A stretch of DNA of 64,000 nucleotides from Bacteroidia bacterium (GCA_019695215.1 JAIBAK010000007.1:1149-65148); one strand, 5' to 3'; positions 42,772 through 55,150 are shown, numbered from the stretch's first letter. Notes: generated by a model from the sequence alone, not told the origin. Translations and numbers: made by a program.

Positions 42772-43131
42772 ATGTACCTTTTACTCACTATATTAATCAT
42801 TATTGTATGCGTTTTACTCGCATTGGTTGTATTGATTCAAAACCCAAAAGGTGGAGGAATTGCCTCCAATTTTGCTTCGTCAAACCAGATTATGGGGGTT
42901 AAACGTACATCTGAAACCGTTGAAAAAGCTACCTGGATTTTAGCCATATCTTTAATTGTACTTACCCTGCTCACCAATTTTGCCCGGCCTACTGAAGGCG
43001 GAACAGCCACCGAATCGAAATCAATGATTGAAGATGAAGTATCAACTGCCCCGGCCCCACAGCAGCAACAAGCACCGCAGCAGCAACAGCCTCAGCAGGC
43101 ACCTGCGCCTGAAACTCCGGCTGCGCAGTAA
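42772..43131 (+). CDS. secG: Preprotein translocase subunit SecG, with a Gln/Pro-rich C-terminal tail
   Basis: Two TM helices with the LIQNPKGGG loop typical of SecG. Confidence 0.8.
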   Translation: MYLLLTILIIIVCVLLALVVLIQNPKGGGIASNFASSNQIMGVKRTSETVEKATWILAISLIVLTLLTNFARPTEGGTATESKSMIEDEVSTAPAPQQQQAPQQQQPQQAPAPETPAAQ

Positions 43132-43134
43132 TTA

Positions 43135-43854
43135 TTATATCCTCTTTTCCTGTTCTATATAACGTATCAATAACCTTTGGGTTATTGGCTCTATTGTTTC
43201 GCGAAGGGGAAATTGCATTTCCGAAATCATGGCATAGGTTGCCGGATTGGGAAGTTTGTTATTTGCCTTAATCAAATCGCGCTTTATCCACTCAAATGTA
43301 CTGGTAACAGAATGCCTGTAAGTAGTAATAAAACGGGTATGCACCCCACGGTATTTTGATAATTGCTCTTCAAAAAGAGTAATCTTATATTCATAAACAC
43401 GAGTATCGTTTCCTGCTTCTTTTACCAGCAAATATCCTTCGTTTTTATACAGAGGTAAGATACCAACAGGCGTAACAGATATATGCTCTTCTATAAATTC
43501 ATAAATTTCTTTGCCTTCGTCTAATGCCACCTTAAACTGAGGCAGGGCAAATTGAACAATTGTTTCAATTTCTTTCATCAGTTCATCATCCTGTACCACT
43601 TTTTCATAAGCCAGCCTGAAATTTTCCAAATCAACATTTGAAATTCGCTCAGGAAAACTATCAAACAACAATTGCTTACCGCTGACAAAATCTTTTAAAT
43701 TTCGGTAATGCATGACCAAGTCGGCCAGATGGGGATATAATTTTTGCTGAACAAAATTCTGTTTTACATGCTGTAGGTATCCCAGCAAAACATATTTTTT
43801 GTGTTCAAAATCAACCAGATTTTCTATGAACCAGTTTTTATCAAGTTTCTGCAT
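43135..43854 (-). CDS. Hypothetical protein
   Basis: Long ORF downstream of the sigma/anti-sigma pair; no recognisable motif. Confidence 0.4.
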   Translation of the reverse strand: MQKLDKNWFIENLVDFEHKKYVLLGYLQHVKQNFVQQKLYPHLADLVMHYRNLKDFVSGKQLLFDSFPERISNVDLENFRLAYEKVVQDDELMKEIETIVQFALPQFKVALDEGKEIYEFIEEHISVTPVGILPLYKNEGYLLVKEAGNDTRVYEYKITLFEEQLSKYRGVHTRFITTYRHSVTSTFEWIKRDLIKANNKLPNPATYAMISEMQFPLRETIEPITQRLLIRYIEQEKRI

Positions 43855-43931
43855 AAATCCGTATCCTTTTTTACTATAACGAATATACTCAAAACGCTAT
43901 ATTAAAAAGCAAACAAAATTTGTACAGCCGG

Positions 43932-45308
43932 CTAAAAGGCGTGGTAGCGCAATGTGGCATTAAGCCCGAAAAAAGCAGGTGATTGCCGGGTAAAAGAATT
44001 GTCTTTAATTATTGAATTTAACCCGTACCGCAAATACGGGGAAGCCTCTACCGAGAATTTTCCATTGAGCCTGTACGACATGCCCATTCCTAAATTGAGG
44101 TTAGTTACCATTTTATAACCGGGGTACTCCGTTAAACTTTGTACCACAACAAACCCTACCCTGTCAATATCAAGATAGGCCGCTGATGCGTAAGTTACTT
44201 TCATAAAACTTACCCCCGCATCCAGTACCACATTCCAGCGTTTGTTCATTGGAACATAGTAAGAAAATGTTATCGGCACCTCGCTGCAATAAAATTTATT
44301 TATAAATGAATAAGTACTTCCGGGCATTATGGAATCCCCTCCGTGTTTGTAGTTAAATGCCAGTAAAGTTGGGTCGGTTCCCTTATAAGGGTCTGAAACC
44401 GCCTTTTTAATATCGTAGGTATATTTATCAGAATAAATGGTTCTTCTGAACCCGGCTGACAACATCAACCTGTCGGTAATTCGCAATCCGGCTGAAAGAC
44501 CGAATGAAGGCGCCACCCTGCCATTGCTAATTTGATTTGTTAGTTTGGCATTGTCTAAACGGGCTGCATTTGCATTACTTCCGGGGCTATATCGGGTAAT
44601 TCCGTAGCTAACATTATTTACAATAGCAATGGAAAATGCGGAAACAGGAGTAAAACAGCGTTCTCTTTCAACCGGAGGTGGCAGCAATTTGGTATTACCA
44701 TGCAATGGAAAATCGGGAAACTTTATTTCTTTGAAACTAATTACAATAGGGTCCCCGATGGTTAATTGTGGCTTGGAAATATTTTCAGTTAATTGAGCAG
44801 GGGTAAGTTCTTTTGTTTCTTTTGTTGTAATCACTTCACTGGGCTCCTCAGGTTGTCCGGGCACTAAAGTAGTTTCCGGTTGGGCAGGCATCACCTTATT
44901 CTTTTCAGCAATCTTTTTCTCTGAATATTTTCTATTCTTTTTTATCTCCTTATGAGCCTTTCCTGCTACAAGTATTTTGGTCTTTTCAGGTGAAGTTTGC
45001 AATAGCTCCGGGGTAAGTTTGGGAACCTCATTTTCTGCTTTTGGTGGTGCAGCTGTTATTTGAACTTTAGCGGGCACTGCGTCTTTTTCGTCAATAAAAT
45101 GAATGGCTGCCCATAACCCGGCTGTCATACCTGCTATAATAGCAGCTATCCAGTACCAGCCAACTCTCCTTTTTCGCTCAGGAGCAGCCAGCGCATTCAA
45201 TCGTGCATCTAATTTCTCCCACAAAGCGTCCGATGGGGTTTCGCTGTGGTTGTAAACCTTATCACGCAGTTTGCCTGTTACCTTATCCTGATTTTGCCAA
45301 TCGCTCAT
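43932..45308 (-). CDS. Anti-sigma-factor-like membrane protein with a C-terminal outer-membrane beta-barrel-like domain
   Basis: Overlaps the ECF sigma gene by 26 nt. Cytoplasmic N-terminus, one TM helix (WYWIAAIIAGMTAGLWAAI), Pro/Glu/Lys-rich linker, C-terminal beta-strand pattern ending in an aromatic residue. Confidence 0.45.
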   Translation of the reverse strand: MSDWQNQDKVTGKLRDKVYNHSETPSDALWEKLDARLNALAAPERKRRVGWYWIAAIIAGMTAGLWAAIHFIDEKDAVPAKVQITAAPPKAENEVPKLTPELLQTSPEKTKILVAGKAHKEIKKNRKYSEKKIAEKNKVMPAQPETTLVPGQPEEPSEVITTKETKELTPAQLTENISKPQLTIGDPIVISFKEIKFPDFPLHGNTKLLPPPVERERCFTPVSAFSIAIVNNVSYGITRYSPGSNANAARLDNAKLTNQISNGRVAPSFGLSAGLRITDRLMLSAGFRRTIYSDKYTYDIKKAVSDPYKGTDPTLLAFNYKHGGDSIMPGSTYSFINKFYCSEVPITFSYYVPMNKRWNVVLDAGVSFMKVTYASAAYLDIDRVGFVVVQSLTEYPGYKMVTNLNLGMGMSYRLNGKFSVEASPYLRYGLNSIIKDNSFTRQSPAFFGLNATLRYHAF

Positions 45309-45846
45309 ACAAACTTTTATTATGTTTTAACAACAACTGCTGAATATACATGCGGGCACGGGCCACCTGAGATTTGGACGTACCAACGGCAATGTCCAAA
45401 TGCTCTGCAATTTCTTTATGCGAATACCCTTCAATGGCAAAAAGATTAAATATTACCCGATACCCATCGGGGAGCAACTGTATTAAATTCACTATTTCTT
45501 TAGCCGACATCTTATCAATCACATCTTCGTTTACCACATCATCATGATGCTCGTGCATGGGTTCATCCTTATACTTGCGCAACCGGCTTTTATAAATATT
45601 AATTGCGGTAAACACGATAACTCTTCGAACCCACCCCTCAAACGAACCGAGTTTTTGATAGGTAACAATGCTTTGAAAAACCCTGATAAAGCCTTCCTGC
45701 AACATATCTTCGGCTTCCTCGCGGCTTTCGGCATACCGCATGCACACACCCAGCATTTTGGATGCGTACTTATCATAAAGAGCCTTTTGAAACACCCGTT
45801 CTCCGCGGATACAGCCCTCTATCATTTCATCTTCGGTATATTTCAC
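45283..45846 (-). CDS. RNA polymerase ECF-type sigma-70 factor
   Basis: Region 2 (FQKALYDKYASKMLGVCMRYAESREEAEDMLQEGFIRVF) and a region-4 HTH (GYSHKEIAEHLDIAVGTSKSQVARAR). Confidence 0.85.
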   Translation of the reverse strand: MKYTEDEMIEGCIRGERVFQKALYDKYASKMLGVCMRYAESREEAEDMLQEGFIRVFQSIVTYQKLGSFEGWVRRVIVFTAINIYKSRLRKYKDEPMHEHHDDVVNEDVIDKMSAKEIVNLIQLLPDGYRVIFNLFAIEGYSHKEIAEHLDIAVGTSKSQVARARMYIQQLLLKHNKSLYERLAKSG

Positions 45847-46158
45847 GATGTGTAACGTAAGCCCGGGGTTTAAAATTTCCGGGCCGGGATTGGTACTAAA
45901 TTACTAAAAGTAAAACGTTTTACAATTCCAGCCCGGATTCACCATTGTTTACTAACCTAACTTCTTACTAAATCAATTTTACCCCAATAATGGTTGCCTG
46001 ACAGAGGAATTTTTTTCAGCAAGTCGATTTTATTGTCAGCTATTCGGATAAAAATGTCAGTGAAATCAGCAAAAAATGTCACCTTTGACCCTTTGGCACT
46101 TTTGCTGATAATGCAGGGGCACAAAACCATTTAAACTTTAAAAATTATTTAAAAAAAT

Positions 46159-46434
46159 ATGGCAGTAAGTCTTAAACCATTGGCAGACAGAGTTCTGGTT
46201 GAACCTGCTCCTGCAGAAGAGAAAACATCAGGAGGAATTATCATTCCTGACACAGCAAAAGAAAAACCGCAAAGAGGTAAAGTAGTGGCAGCCGGTGAAG
46301 GCAAAAAAGATGAGCCTATGACAGTGAAGGCGGGCGATACCGTTCTTTATGGAAAATATGCCGGTACGGAAATCACCGTTGATGGTAAAGATTACCTCAT
46401 TATGCGCGAATCCGACATCTTCGCAATTATTTAA
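46159..46434 (+). CDS. groES: Co-chaperonin GroES
   Basis: [11 protein letters not shown]...[14 protein letters not shown]. Confidence 0.97.
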   Translation: MAVSLKPLADRVLVEPAPAEEKTSGGIIIPDTAKEKPQRGKVVAAGEGKKDEPMTVKAGDTVLYGKYAGTEITVDGKDYLIMRESDIFAII

Positions 46435-46459
46435 TTCAATATTCGTAATTAAAAATTAA

Positions 46460-48109
<1,650 letters not shown>

Positions 48110-48131
48110 GATTTTTAAAAATCCATTGCAT

Positions 48132-48167
48132 AAAAAAACCCGAATCAATTATGGTTCGGGTTTTTTG
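48132..48167 (+). terminator. Rho-independent terminator after groEL
   Basis: AAAAAAACCCGAA-TCAATTATGG-TTCGGGTTTTTTGTTTT. Confidence 0.8.
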
Positions 48168-48169
48168 TT

Positions 48170-49141
48170 TTATGAAAAATACTGCTCGTCCTCCCTAAAA
48201 TCTATAAACGGATAAGTAGTTTTCAATTCGTTTATTTTTTGATGCATAATACCTGTAAACCGCTCCCATTCTTCGGGTACTTTATGCAAAGGGCGGTGTG
48301 CCCTGGCCGTGAGCACCGCTTCATAACTTTTAATAAATGCCTTAGTCTCGCTATCCGTAAAACTCTCCGTAAATTTCATCCATACATAATCAATTGCCTG
48401 TTTATTGGGATGCACCATATCGGCTTCAAAAAAACGGTAATCGCGCAATACATCCATAACCATTTCGTAAGCCGGGAAATAAAAACAATCCTTGTATTGT
48501 TGTGTTATGCGGTGAACACTTTGCAGCAAAACAGATTTGCTCAGGTTATTTTCAACCAAGCCATCACGCAGATATCTTACAGGACTCACCGTAAATATAA
48601 ATTTGGCTGAGTTGTTCAGTTGTTTCACTTTTGCATAAACGTCATCAAAAAGCATTTCTATTTCACCGGGCTGCAACAAGCGTTTTTGAAATAAATCAGC
48701 CGATAATTTGTGGCAATTTGCCACTATGGTTTTGGAGGTGGTTAATTCATACACCCAAGCCGAACCAAATGTAAGAATAATCCAATCGGTTGTTTTCAAA
48801 AAAGTATGGCTGGCTTCCATTCTCTCGTTTATGTTTTGCAGCAAACCGGTTTTAGAAGTACTGCCAAAAACCCCGTGATGGTGGATGGAATGCCACAGTT
48901 TATCCTGTTGCACGCAATCGGAAAAGGTATATTCTTTACACAGTACGTCATGATAAAGTCCATGGAGTAAACTTACCGGATTAAACAAAATACCATTGGG
49001 ATTACTATGCGAAATAAAGCGGTTACGCAAAAAATATTCCGACATATTCGCAGCAAAACACGAACCCGATAACCATACCGGTTTTCGGATACTGATCGGA
49101 ACCGCCAATGAGGGCGGATTAAATTCGAGTTGAAATTTCAT
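48170..49141 (-). CDS. GSCFA family protein
   Basis: Contains the family-defining GSCFA motif (LSGSCFAANMSEYF). Confidence 0.7.
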   Translation of the reverse strand: MKFQLEFNPPSLAVPISIRKPVWLSGSCFAANMSEYFLRNRFISHSNPNGILFNPVSLLHGLYHDVLCKEYTFSDCVQQDKLWHSIHHHGVFGSTSKTGLLQNINERMEASHTFLKTTDWIILTFGSAWVYELTTSKTIVANCHKLSADLFQKRLLQPGEIEMLFDDVYAKVKQLNNSAKFIFTVSPVRYLRDGLVENNLSKSVLLQSVHRITQQYKDCFYFPAYEMVMDVLRDYRFFEADMVHPNKQAIDYVWMKFTESFTDSETKAFIKSYEAVLTARAHRPLHKVPEEWERFTGIMHQKINELKTTYPFIDFREDEQYFS

Positions 49142-49274
49142 AAGTAAATTTGTGAATGCAAGTTACTACATTTTTTTGGCAGCAGATTCCCTGTCATTCC
49201 TGAAGGGTGGTAAAAACAAAACCCCGCAGTAATGCTACCGCAGGGCATTTGTCTAACCTTAATCTATGATGAAA

Positions 49275-50084
49275 CTATTTAATCTTTATTCCATTGTATT
49301 TGATGGCAACAGTATTAAAATAGCCCAATGCTCCGCCTTTAATATTGCTGGGTAAATTAGCCGGAGGGGCATCAAAAAAACCATTGGGATTCATTTGAAA
49401 CAGCAGTGCCAGATAATAATCGTAAGCCGGCTTGGTAAACGACTGACTTTCTAAAACCACACTATCGCCCAATGCCACCGGAAACGGGGTAGTAAATGTG
49501 ATGTAATTGCCATCTACAAAATCATCGTTCACTACAATAAAACGGTCGGCACGATTGGAGAAAAATCCGTTCACAATAAACTTAAACCGGTAGTTGTTTC
49601 CTTTGCCGGCAGGTTCCTGTGCATACATAGTTACGTAATATCCGTTCTCGGGGTACAGAATACTTTCTTCGTGATATTTATACGAGAGCGAATCTACATT
49701 TGAAATGGGAAGAATTTCTCCGCTGGCAGTGTACACCTTATTTTGATAATTGACATATAACTCATAAGTGCGCCCTATTTCCCCTTTAGGAAATGAAGCT
49801 GTGGTTTTGTATTCTCCCGGCAATTGCTCGGCAAGTGTATCTGTATTTCCGGTATTGTCGCGTATTATAACCATTGCACCCGTTGCTCTGTTGGTAGGAG
49901 CATTTTTAAGGTATGGTCCCGTAAGCGATAATTTAACGGTATAAGGACCGGGCTGGTCAGTTACCATTCCATCAATTACTAACTGTTTAGTTGACTCATC
50001 CAGATCATAACTGATTACTTCCTGACAGGAGGAAAATACCGCAGCCATTACTATCAGAAAAATGTATAAGCTATTTTTTTTCAT
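49275..50084 (-). CDS. DUF4249-type lipoprotein. This family is usually paired with a TonB-dependent receptor.
   Basis: Lipoprotein signal (AVFSSCQE). Lies immediately downstream of the TonB-dependent receptor gene. Confidence 0.55.
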   Translation of the reverse strand: MKKNSLYIFLIVMAAVFSSCQEVISYDLDESTKQLVIDGMVTDQPGPYTVKLSLTGPYLKNAPTNRATGAMVIIRDNTGNTDTLAEQLPGEYKTTASFPKGEIGRTYELYVNYQNKVYTASGEILPISNVDSLSYKYHEESILYPENGYYVTMYAQEPAGKGNNYRFKFIVNGFFSNRADRFIVVNDDFVDGNYITFTTPFPVALGDSVVLESQSFTKPAYDYYLALLFQMNPNGFFDAPPANLPSNIKGGALGYFNTVAIKYNGIKIK

Positions 50085-50094
50085 AATGCAGTGA

Positions 50095-52440
50095 TCAGAA
50101 TTTAAAGTTCCAGGTTACCGAAGGTATAAATGTAAAAAGATATGTTTTCACTGCCTGATACGTATCGGGGTAACCTTCGCGTTGCCTGAAAACAATTGAA
50201 TAGGCGTTTTTGCGGCCGTAGGCATTGAAGAGAGAGAAGGTCCAGTTGGCTTTGAATTTTTTACCTTCATATTTTTTAGGATATAAAGTGGCGGCCATAT
50301 CCAAGCGATGGTAATCGGGCATGCGGTAATTATTGCGCGATGACACAAAGGGCACCACATACCCGTCAAATTCATAACGGGCATTGGGTGCAGTAAATGC
50401 ACCTCCGGTTACATAAATAAAATTGGCCGAGAATGTCCATTTCCTGCTGTGCTCATAGGTAAACACCCACGATAAATTGTGGCGGTGATCATATCGGGTC
50501 GGGTAAGCTTTATTGTTATTAATTCCATCAATTTTTCTATCTGCTTTTGATAAGGTATAACTCATCCACGCATCCACTTTCCCTGTTTTCTTTTTTATCA
50601 TCAGTTCCAATCCGTATGATGTACCTGTACCCGCCAGCAATTGCGACTCGAGGTATTTATTCAAAAACAGGTTGGCATTGTCTACATAATCCACCTGATT
50701 GTACATTTGTTTATAATACACCTCGGCCGATGCCTGTAAGGTATTATTATTAAAATTCCGGAAATAACCGGCTGCCACCTGATCGGCATATTGCGGTTTA
50801 ATATTAGGGCTGCTGTTAATATAAATATCGGTGGGTGAAGCAGAATTTGTATTGGAAACCAAATGCAGGTATTGATAAGTTCGGTTGTACGATGCCTTTA
50901 CCGAACTGTTTTCGTTTATGGAGTACTTCATGGAAACCCGCGGTTCCCACCCGGTATAAGTATGGTAAATAACTCCACTGCCATAGTCAACCGAATCTTT
51001 TGTATCCGGGTTATTCCCGTAACGATTGGCCCCATATGTGAACACGGTTGCCGAACCTACGTTATGAAATACCGAGAACCGAATTCCATAATCAACCGTA
51101 AGACGTGAACTTACTTTTTGCTCATCATCGATATAATAATAATGTTCGAGCGAATTGCTTACGGGTAGTTTTTGTTCATTAATTACCGACTTCGGATTAT
51201 TTGGCCCCGCCTTACCCGGAAACAAGGCATGCCAGGTAATTCCTGCTCCGAAACGAATGGTGTTTTTGGGACTGACATAATAGGTAAAATCTCCTTTCAC
51301 GGTTTGGTCCGACATATCCGATTTCCATAAGAAACCCTGCGACTCTTCGGTTTCTGCTTCAAGTTTATAATTATAGCTGCTTGTAATAAGCGTTACATTC
51401 GAAAACAGTTTTTTATTAAACACATGGTTCCATCGCAGTGTTCCGGTAGCATTGCCCCAGCCCTGTGTAAACGTTTTATCAAACCCCAGAATATCGCGCC
51501 CGAAATAACCCGAAATAAAAATACGGTTATTATCATTGATGGTGTAGTTGACCTTTGCATTCAGGTCATAAAAATACAGTTTGCTTTTTTGTACTTCCTT
51601 GTCAGGGGATAATTTCAAAAACATATCTGCATAGGTTCTGCGTGCCGATATGATGAAGGAGCTTTTCTCCTTCACAATAGGTCCCTCAAGTGTGATGCGG
51701 CTTGAGATGGTTCCAATTCCACCCGATGCTGAGAAATGTTTTGAGTTTCCATCTTTCATTTTCACATCAAGCACTGATGATAACCTGCCCCCAAACTGAG
51801 CGGGAATTGCTCCTTTGTACAATTCCGCATCCTTAATGGCATCGGCATTAAACACCGAGAAAAACCCGAAAAGATGAGAAGGATTATACACAATCGCCTC
51901 ATCCAGTAAAATTAAATTCTGGTCAACATTTCCACCGCGCACATAAAATCCGGTACTACCTTCTCCGCCCGTTTGCACACCGGGCATAAATTGTAAGGCT
52001 CGCAAAATATCAACTTCCCCGAGCAAAGCAGGCATTTTTTTGAGCGACTGAATATCCACACTCATCACACTCATCCTGGTTGATTCAATATTATCATTGC
52101 CTTTTGTTGCCTGAACTTTTACTTCTTTCAGCTCATTTTTATCATCACTCATCTCAGGCCGCAGTACTACATCGGCTTTTAAATCTATATCAACAGCAAG
52201 AGATTTATACCCAATGTAGGAAAACAGAATTTTGTATTTGCCTTCGGGAAGTGTGAGCGAAAAAAAACCGTACGAGTTAGTTACTGTCCCAATGCTTTGC
52301 CCGTCAACTTTAACCATCACACCTATCAGTTCTTCCCCTGTTTTCTGGTCCTTTACTCTTCCGCTCACCGTGTGTTTATGCTGGGCCTTTACAGATAGCA
52401 CAACTGCAAACATGAATATACTTATAAGAAATTGCTTCAT
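50095..52440 (-). CDS. TonB-dependent outer-membrane receptor with an N-terminal carboxypeptidase-regulatory-like domain
   Basis: Signal peptide, CarbopepD_reg-like (VSGRVKDQKTGEELIGVMVKV), plug region, C-terminal beta-barrel ending ...WNFKF. Confidence 0.85.
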   Translation of the reverse strand: MKQFLISIFMFAVVLSVKAQHKHTVSGRVKDQKTGEELIGVMVKVDGQSIGTVTNSYGFFSLTLPEGKYKILFSYIGYKSLAVDIDLKADVVLRPEMSDDKNELKEVKVQATKGNDNIESTRMSVMSVDIQSLKKMPALLGEVDILRALQFMPGVQTGGEGSTGFYVRGGNVDQNLILLDEAIVYNPSHLFGFFSVFNADAIKDAELYKGAIPAQFGGRLSSVLDVKMKDGNSKHFSASGGIGTISSRITLEGPIVKEKSSFIISARRTYADMFLKLSPDKEVQKSKLYFYDLNAKVNYTINDNNRIFISGYFGRDILGFDKTFTQGWGNATGTLRWNHVFNKKLFSNVTLITSSYNYKLEAETEESQGFLWKSDMSDQTVKGDFTYYVSPKNTIRFGAGITWHALFPGKAGPNNPKSVINEQKLPVSNSLEHYYYIDDEQKVSSRLTVDYGIRFSVFHNVGSATVFTYGANRYGNNPDTKDSVDYGSGVIYHTYTGWEPRVSMKYSINENSSVKASYNRTYQYLHLVSNTNSASPTDIYINSSPNIKPQYADQVAAGYFRNFNNNTLQASAEVYYKQMYNQVDYVDNANLFLNKYLESQLLAGTGTSYGLELMIKKKTGKVDAWMSYTLSKADRKIDGINNNKAYPTRYDHRHNLSWVFTYEHSRKWTFSANFIYVTGGAFTAPNARYEFDGYVVPFVSSRNNYRMPDYHRLDMAATLYPKKYEGKKFKANWTFSLFNAYGRKNAYSIVFRQREGYPDTYQAVKTYLFTFIPSVTWNFKF

Positions 52441-52549
52441 AGAAACCGTTTTACAAATGAGGGCACGAAATTATTAATGATACCCCGCTTGAAAGAAAGA
52501 AAAAGGACAAACTGCAGATAATTGCCGATAAAATGCTGAAAGCTGTGCT

Positions 52550-54250
52550 TTAAACCGGCTGATTCAGTTTGCTGTGGCGATATCCGTAAAGAAAATATAC
52601 AATTAAGCCGAGAAGTAACCAAATAATAAAAGCTGCCCAATTGGTAAAATTCAATTGAGTCATGAGGTAAAAATTGCTCACCATACCCAAAACCGGAATA
52701 ACTGAATAGCGATACTTGTAACTTAATACGCTAAGGCTAATAAACATGATCCAAAAAATTCCTGTCGGCCAGTTTTCGCGCTCGTTTAAATGAAAAAAAA
52801 CATCGCTGGTGTCGAAAACAATAAATACAAAAAGAGAAATTAAACACAGGAGGGGAATAAATAGACGACCGTTGTAATAAGGCACCCTGAATCCAACGTG
52901 ATTTTCGTTGCGGTGTGTTTCCATTTGAATAACCCCTGCATTCACCAGCACAAAGGCGAATAAAGTTCCGATACTCGACAGGTCGGTTACTTCCTGCAAA
53001 TTCATAAATAAAGCCGGAATGGCCACCATTGCACCGGTAACTAAAGTAGAAAATGAAGGCGATTTAAACTTAGGATGAATTTTGCTGAATCGTTTAGGTA
53101 AAAGTCCATCGCGACTCATGCTCATCCAAATACGCGGCTGACCGTTTTGAAACACAAGCAGCACACTTGCCATGGCAATTACTGCACTTACAGCCACCAG
53201 TCCGCTCATCCAGTCTACATGAATTAAACTAAATGCATGAGCCAGCGGATCGCCTACACCAAGTTCTTTATAACTTACCAGACCGGTAAGGGTAAGTGCG
53301 ATGAGGATGTATAAAACCGTGCAGATAATTAAAGAGGCAATCATGGCTTTGGGTAAATCTCTTTTAGGATTTTTACACTCTTCGGCTGTTGTAGCCAGTG
53401 CATCAAAACCGATATACGCAAAAAACACTGATGCCACACCTTTAAGTACGCCCGGCAATCCGTTTGGCGCAAACGGGCTCCAATGCTCCGGATTTACATA
53501 AAACGCCCCGACAATAATTACCAGAATGATTACAATAAGTTTGAGCCCTACAAAATAATTTCCAACCGTTTTGGTTTCGTGAACACCCCGGTAAATTAAT
53601 GCGGTAATGGCAAACACAATGGCTAATGCAGGCAAATCGCAAATAACTTTCAACCCAAAAAATTCCGGTGCATTCACCCAGGCGGTATGTTTTGCGGTAA
53701 TATGTGCATTGCTAAAATGCTCCCACAATTCTTTTGTCTTCTCCGGAGTTGCTGCCAAAGCTTTTTCTACCTCAGCGTATCCGCTTTTGGCCGAAAAATA
53801 ATCCATCGTAAAATACTCGGGAATATGCCATCCCATTCCATCCATTAGTCCGGTAAAATAATCGCTCCAGCTAATGGCCACTACAATATTTCCGATTGCA
53901 TACTCTACAATAAGTGCCCACCCGATAATCCACGCTATAAGTTCGCCAAAAGAGGCATAGGCATACGTATAGGCACTTCCTGAAATTGGAATACTCGATG
54001 CAAACTCAGCATAACTCATTGCCGAGAAGGAACAGGCTACGGCAATAAACGCAAAAAGCAAAATGACAGCCGGCCCGCCCGAAGCACTTGCATTTCCAAT
54101 GGTACTGAAAATACCGGCTCCTATAATGGCTGCAATTCCCAGAGAAGTTAAATCGCGCAGGGAAAGATTACGCTGAAGCGAATGCTCCCCCGTATCCGAG
54201 CCCTCGGCCAAAATGCGGTTAATATTTTTCCGTCTGAATAAACGACTCAA
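52550..54250 (-). CDS. Amino acid permease (APC superfamily)
   Basis: 12+ TM helices; N-terminal GAGIFS motif region typical of the APC family. Confidence 0.85.
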   Translation of the reverse strand: MSRLFRRKNINRILAEGSDTGEHSLQRNLSLRDLTSLGIAAIIGAGIFSTIGNASASGGPAVILLFAFIAVACSFSAMSYAEFASSIPISGSAYTYAYASFGELIAWIIGWALIVEYAIGNIVVAISWSDYFTGLMDGMGWHIPEYFTMDYFSAKSGYAEVEKALAATPEKTKELWEHFSNAHITAKHTAWVNAPEFFGLKVICDLPALAIVFAITALIYRGVHETKTVGNYFVGLKLIVIILVIIVGAFYVNPEHWSPFAPNGLPGVLKGVASVFFAYIGFDALATTAEECKNPKRDLPKAMIASLIICTVLYILIALTLTGLVSYKELGVGDPLAHAFSLIHVDWMSGLVAVSAVIAMASVLLVFQNGQPRIWMSMSRDGLLPKRFSKIHPKFKSPSFSTLVTGAMVAIPALFMNLQEVTDLSSIGTLFAFVLVNAGVIQMETHRNENHVGFRVPYYNGRLFIPLLCLISLFVFIVFDTSDVFFHLNERENWPTGIFWIMFISLSVLSYKYRYSVIPVLGMVSNFYLMTQLNFTNWAAFIIWLLLGLIVYFLYGYRHSKLNQPV

Positions 54251-54264
54251 AGGATATAATCAGA

Positions 54265-55047
54265 TTAAATTGAAGTAGTGTATCTTCTTCTAACTAACTG
54301 CTCCAGTTCCTTGGCCAAATCCAAATCCGCCTTCCAGTTGTATCTGGTTCTAAGCATATGCAGGGTGTTTAAGGCATCCTGTAAATTATCGGCAGTATTT
54401 AACTGGTCAAGTGCTTTATTGTAATCCTCACTCTCCTGATTGAAGAGCCCGATAATGTAGGCTACTTTTTTATTGAGGGTAATATGTGATTTAATATTGT
54501 CAATGGGAGTAATCTGCATTTTATCAGCAAGCGTTTTCTGCTCCTGTGTTATGCGGTCAATCAGTTTTTCCTCATCGGCCTTTTCACTTGTCAGCAATTC
54601 AATTACACTTTGGGGCATTGTGGTTTTTGTTGCCTCTTCAGCAGATAAAATCTCCGGTTCTTCAGCGACCTCCACCAAAGGTATGCTTTCAGAAATTTCA
54701 ATTTTTTCGGTTACTGAACCGGCCGAAGAAAAAAGATTCAATGCTTCAATTACTTCTTCTTCCATTTCAGGCTCATTGGGTAAGGAAGATTCACTACTCT
54801 CATCACGGATGTCATTTATTACCGGTACAATCAACTCCTGCTTCACAATTACATCGGCTACGGGTTCATCCTGCTTTTGAGGGGCCGGAACCGGATTACT
54901 TGCCGGAGCAATCTGATTTACCAGTGCATCGTACATTTGTAATAAATAACTCCGCAAAAGATCCTGTTCAAGCGCTGTAAGAGCAGGCTGTGCGGTAAGG
55001 TTGGCTATCTTTTGAGCAAGCTCCCTGAGTTGAATACTAGTTTCCAT
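54265..55047 (-). CDS. Hypothetical acidic protein. The start is re-called at the internal Met (METSIQLRELAQ...) so that it does not overlap tdk.
   Basis: The longest ORF (to 55284) would overlap tdk by 134 nt on the opposite strand. The ATG at 55045-55047 removes that overlap. Confidence 0.45.
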   Translation of the reverse strand: METSIQLRELAQKIANLTAQPALTALEQDLLRSYLLQMYDALVNQIAPASNPVPAPQKQDEPVADVIVKQELIVPVINDIRDESSESSLPNEPEMEEEVIEALNLFSSAGSVTEKIEISESIPLVEVAEEPEILSAEEATKTTMPQSVIELLTSEKADEEKLIDRITQEQKTLADKMQITPIDNIKSHITLNKKVAYIIGLFNQESEDYNKALDQLNTADNLQDALNTLHMLRTRYNWKADLDLAKELEQLVRRRYTTSI

Positions 55048-55150
55048 AAACCAATTTATCTGAACAAAAATACCATTTATGCCTCTGCAACAACAGGTAA
55101 CTTTTACACATTTCAATAGGGCTGTATAATTTTGACCGATAAATCCTAAT

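Noticed and set aside
45960-46158. CIRCE/HrcA operator upstream of groES
   Set aside because: No TTAGCACTC-N9-GAGTGCTAA inverted repeat is present; only TGTCA-type short repeats.
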